32,000 nt of DNA from Prochlorococcus marinus subsp. pastoris str. CCMP1986. GTDB lineage: Bacteria > Cyanobacteriota > Cyanobacteriia > PCC-6307 > Cyanobiaceae. Shown here piece by piece: positions 31,601 through 32,000 of this stretch. Position 1 is the first letter of the stretch; each line of letters opens with the position of its first letter. The notes beneath the pieces are model-generated. The model was not told the DNA's origin, ran no database searches, and worked only from the letters and a program-made list of their open reading frames with translations. Location of the stretch: assembly GCF_000011465.1 (NCBI RefSeq), contig NC_005072.1:1020001-1052000 (forward strand), written 5' to 3'. The position numbers and the translations under genes were made by a program.

Positions 31601-32000
31601 AACACAAAACGCTTTCCAATTTATATGTAAAAATTCTTTTAAATAAATTGATATATCAATATTCTTATATTTATTTATTATCTCAAATTTGCAAATATTT
31701 TCTTGATCAATATTTTTTAAAATTTCAACAAAAAATGATTTATTAATTTTACTTCCATATATAGAACTTATTTTTTTTTGATTAACTGCAGAAATTATTT
31801 CTGGATCAAGATTTTGAAATTGCTCAATCCATAAATCATCGATTATATCTTGGTATAAATTATCTATATTATTTTCAATAAATGGATCTTGTGCTGAGCC
31901 TATATCTATACTAAATTCCTCTAAAATATTATTGCAAAAAGCATGGAACGTAGTTACTTTTAGTTTATAAATAGTATTAATAAAATTATCAATATCGAAT
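28679..32000 (-). CDS. recB: Exodeoxyribonuclease V beta subunit, 5' end outside window
   Basis: Track ORF starts at GTG 31087 (MDEFQDTDN), but the same frame is open upstream: ...FKCVLVDEFQDTD, and FDIDNFINTIYKLKVTTFHAFCNNILEEFSIDIGSAQDPF at the window edge. C-terminal nuclease motif WWVIDWKSNFISG; VLCVGDPKQAIYKFRGGDIETY-type helicase motifs. Confidence 0.94.
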   Translation of the reverse strand, partial: FDIDNFINTIYKLKVTTFHAFCNNILEEFSIDIGSAQDPFIENNIDNLYQDIIDDLWIEQFQNLDPEIISAVNQKKISSIYGSKINKSFFVEILKNIDQENICKFEIINKYKNIDISIYLKEFLHINWKAFCVEWNNNGEELYLKLISLGKLIKEIGCKSQVYSSKPRNNKFNQITEWIEDINKRLNSEDISQLLYEILNEDLLFKYFYNKNINKEINKFDLSLDFSSFKLLQDKIYKIKEGFYTEFVRIFIQLANIKLITLKRSLSIFNFNDLIKTVEKKYLGSDLTNDKSLSEIQNRFKCVLVDEFQDTDNIQWSIIKKFFYTNNHFLLCVGDPKQAIYKFRGGDIETYLEAKSDAIEVFSLTNNFRSSNKLLDVINNLYKNGLRESKLEYNNLNSKLNKSFNHKFDFKNVFEIVEFSSKEVDIEDLVTKYIVSFLLNNNEIDINKISILTLYNSQCLELKNKLIKLNIPCQIKNKKNIFDTEASTLLVLFIESILYPRRYRNISLLATSKFIEMDMAELIDHQISKKIEILTNQCISWSLELKEKGFLTLVNELIINYKSSSIIFDADLYSNLFQLSEIIEIELMNNDFNLNKVFKWYLNQLDNSLRSCTGEDYFTKDYNLQNGINLSTIHNSKGLEYEIVLCPYLSTISNKSNKTKGPIWKSNLDRSIYINISNNYSKVEDFKLIEERDLFNESERLIYVALTRSKYKLIIFNDINNTNNIINNDLLPNLENINFHKSKIEHKIAAINIREISNKFNFIGLKNNLWKINKVNTKKPIPSEEVISFSSYSSWISKEKKTDYASNQYKDYEDNISILNNSQDTNLEKSKNCPKYLTLSNPLSDFPKGTIAGTCLHKIIERFDFQNDNTDKLLDLINEELNFFQIDSSLALNVREGILRIINVSLGRKLLNKKLIDIPSNNILKEVKYNLTLSYNGKNINSYDISKCFLLDQEFEFGKSYSNKINDLQILNKGFHSGCIDCVVPIGNKLEDSKWWVIDWKSNFISGSENSDCLPGNYNYENMKEEMIKHHYPLQSHLYLLALHRLLKWRLKNYQPNLHLGGYVYLFLKGLPDKKLFEKSVEKDISPGVFIGQAPINRINYLDKLF

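Noticed and set aside
1-32000. Search for defence islands, CRISPR arrays, transposons, prophage genes or retron/DGR-like repeats
   Set aside because: No direct-repeat arrays, transposase, integrase, reverse transcriptase or toxin-antitoxin-like pairs were seen. RecB/RecD are housekeeping subunits and the tRNA-Glu has no adjacent integrase or duplicated tRNA end.

Overview
This 32 kb window looks like ordinary core chromosome of a high-light-adapted Prochlorococcus-type marine picocyanobacterium. The genome is very AT-rich and compact, with short intergenic gaps and several overlapping genes. I assigned it from family signatures in the translated ORFs. The content is: tRNA-Glu(TTC), sasA, a CpeS-like protein, prs, malQ, a RodZ-like HTH protein, a UbiB/ABC1 kinase, an Orn/Lys/Arg decarboxylase, cdsA, an alpha/beta hydrolase, a glycerol-dehydrogenase-like protein, clpC, rimI, lysA, a CdaA-type diadenylate cyclase, uppS, bioB, a trhO-like rhodanese, lipA, recR, a PsbP-like lipoprotein, an ABC exporter, deaD, recD and partial recB. 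I found no mobile elements, CRISPR arrays, phage genes, toxin-antitoxin systems or convincing new multi-gene system. The best second-look items are a hairpin that would pair the Shine-Dalgarno of the deaD cold-shock-type helicase, a c-di-AMP cyclase with an RHL instead of RHR motif inside a lysA-cdaA-uppS-bioB-trhO gene string, a CpeS-like bilin lyase homolog, and AT-rich palindromes upstream of clpC and between rimI and lysA. The supplied ORF track also truncates recB at an internal GTG, but the frame is open to the window edge.
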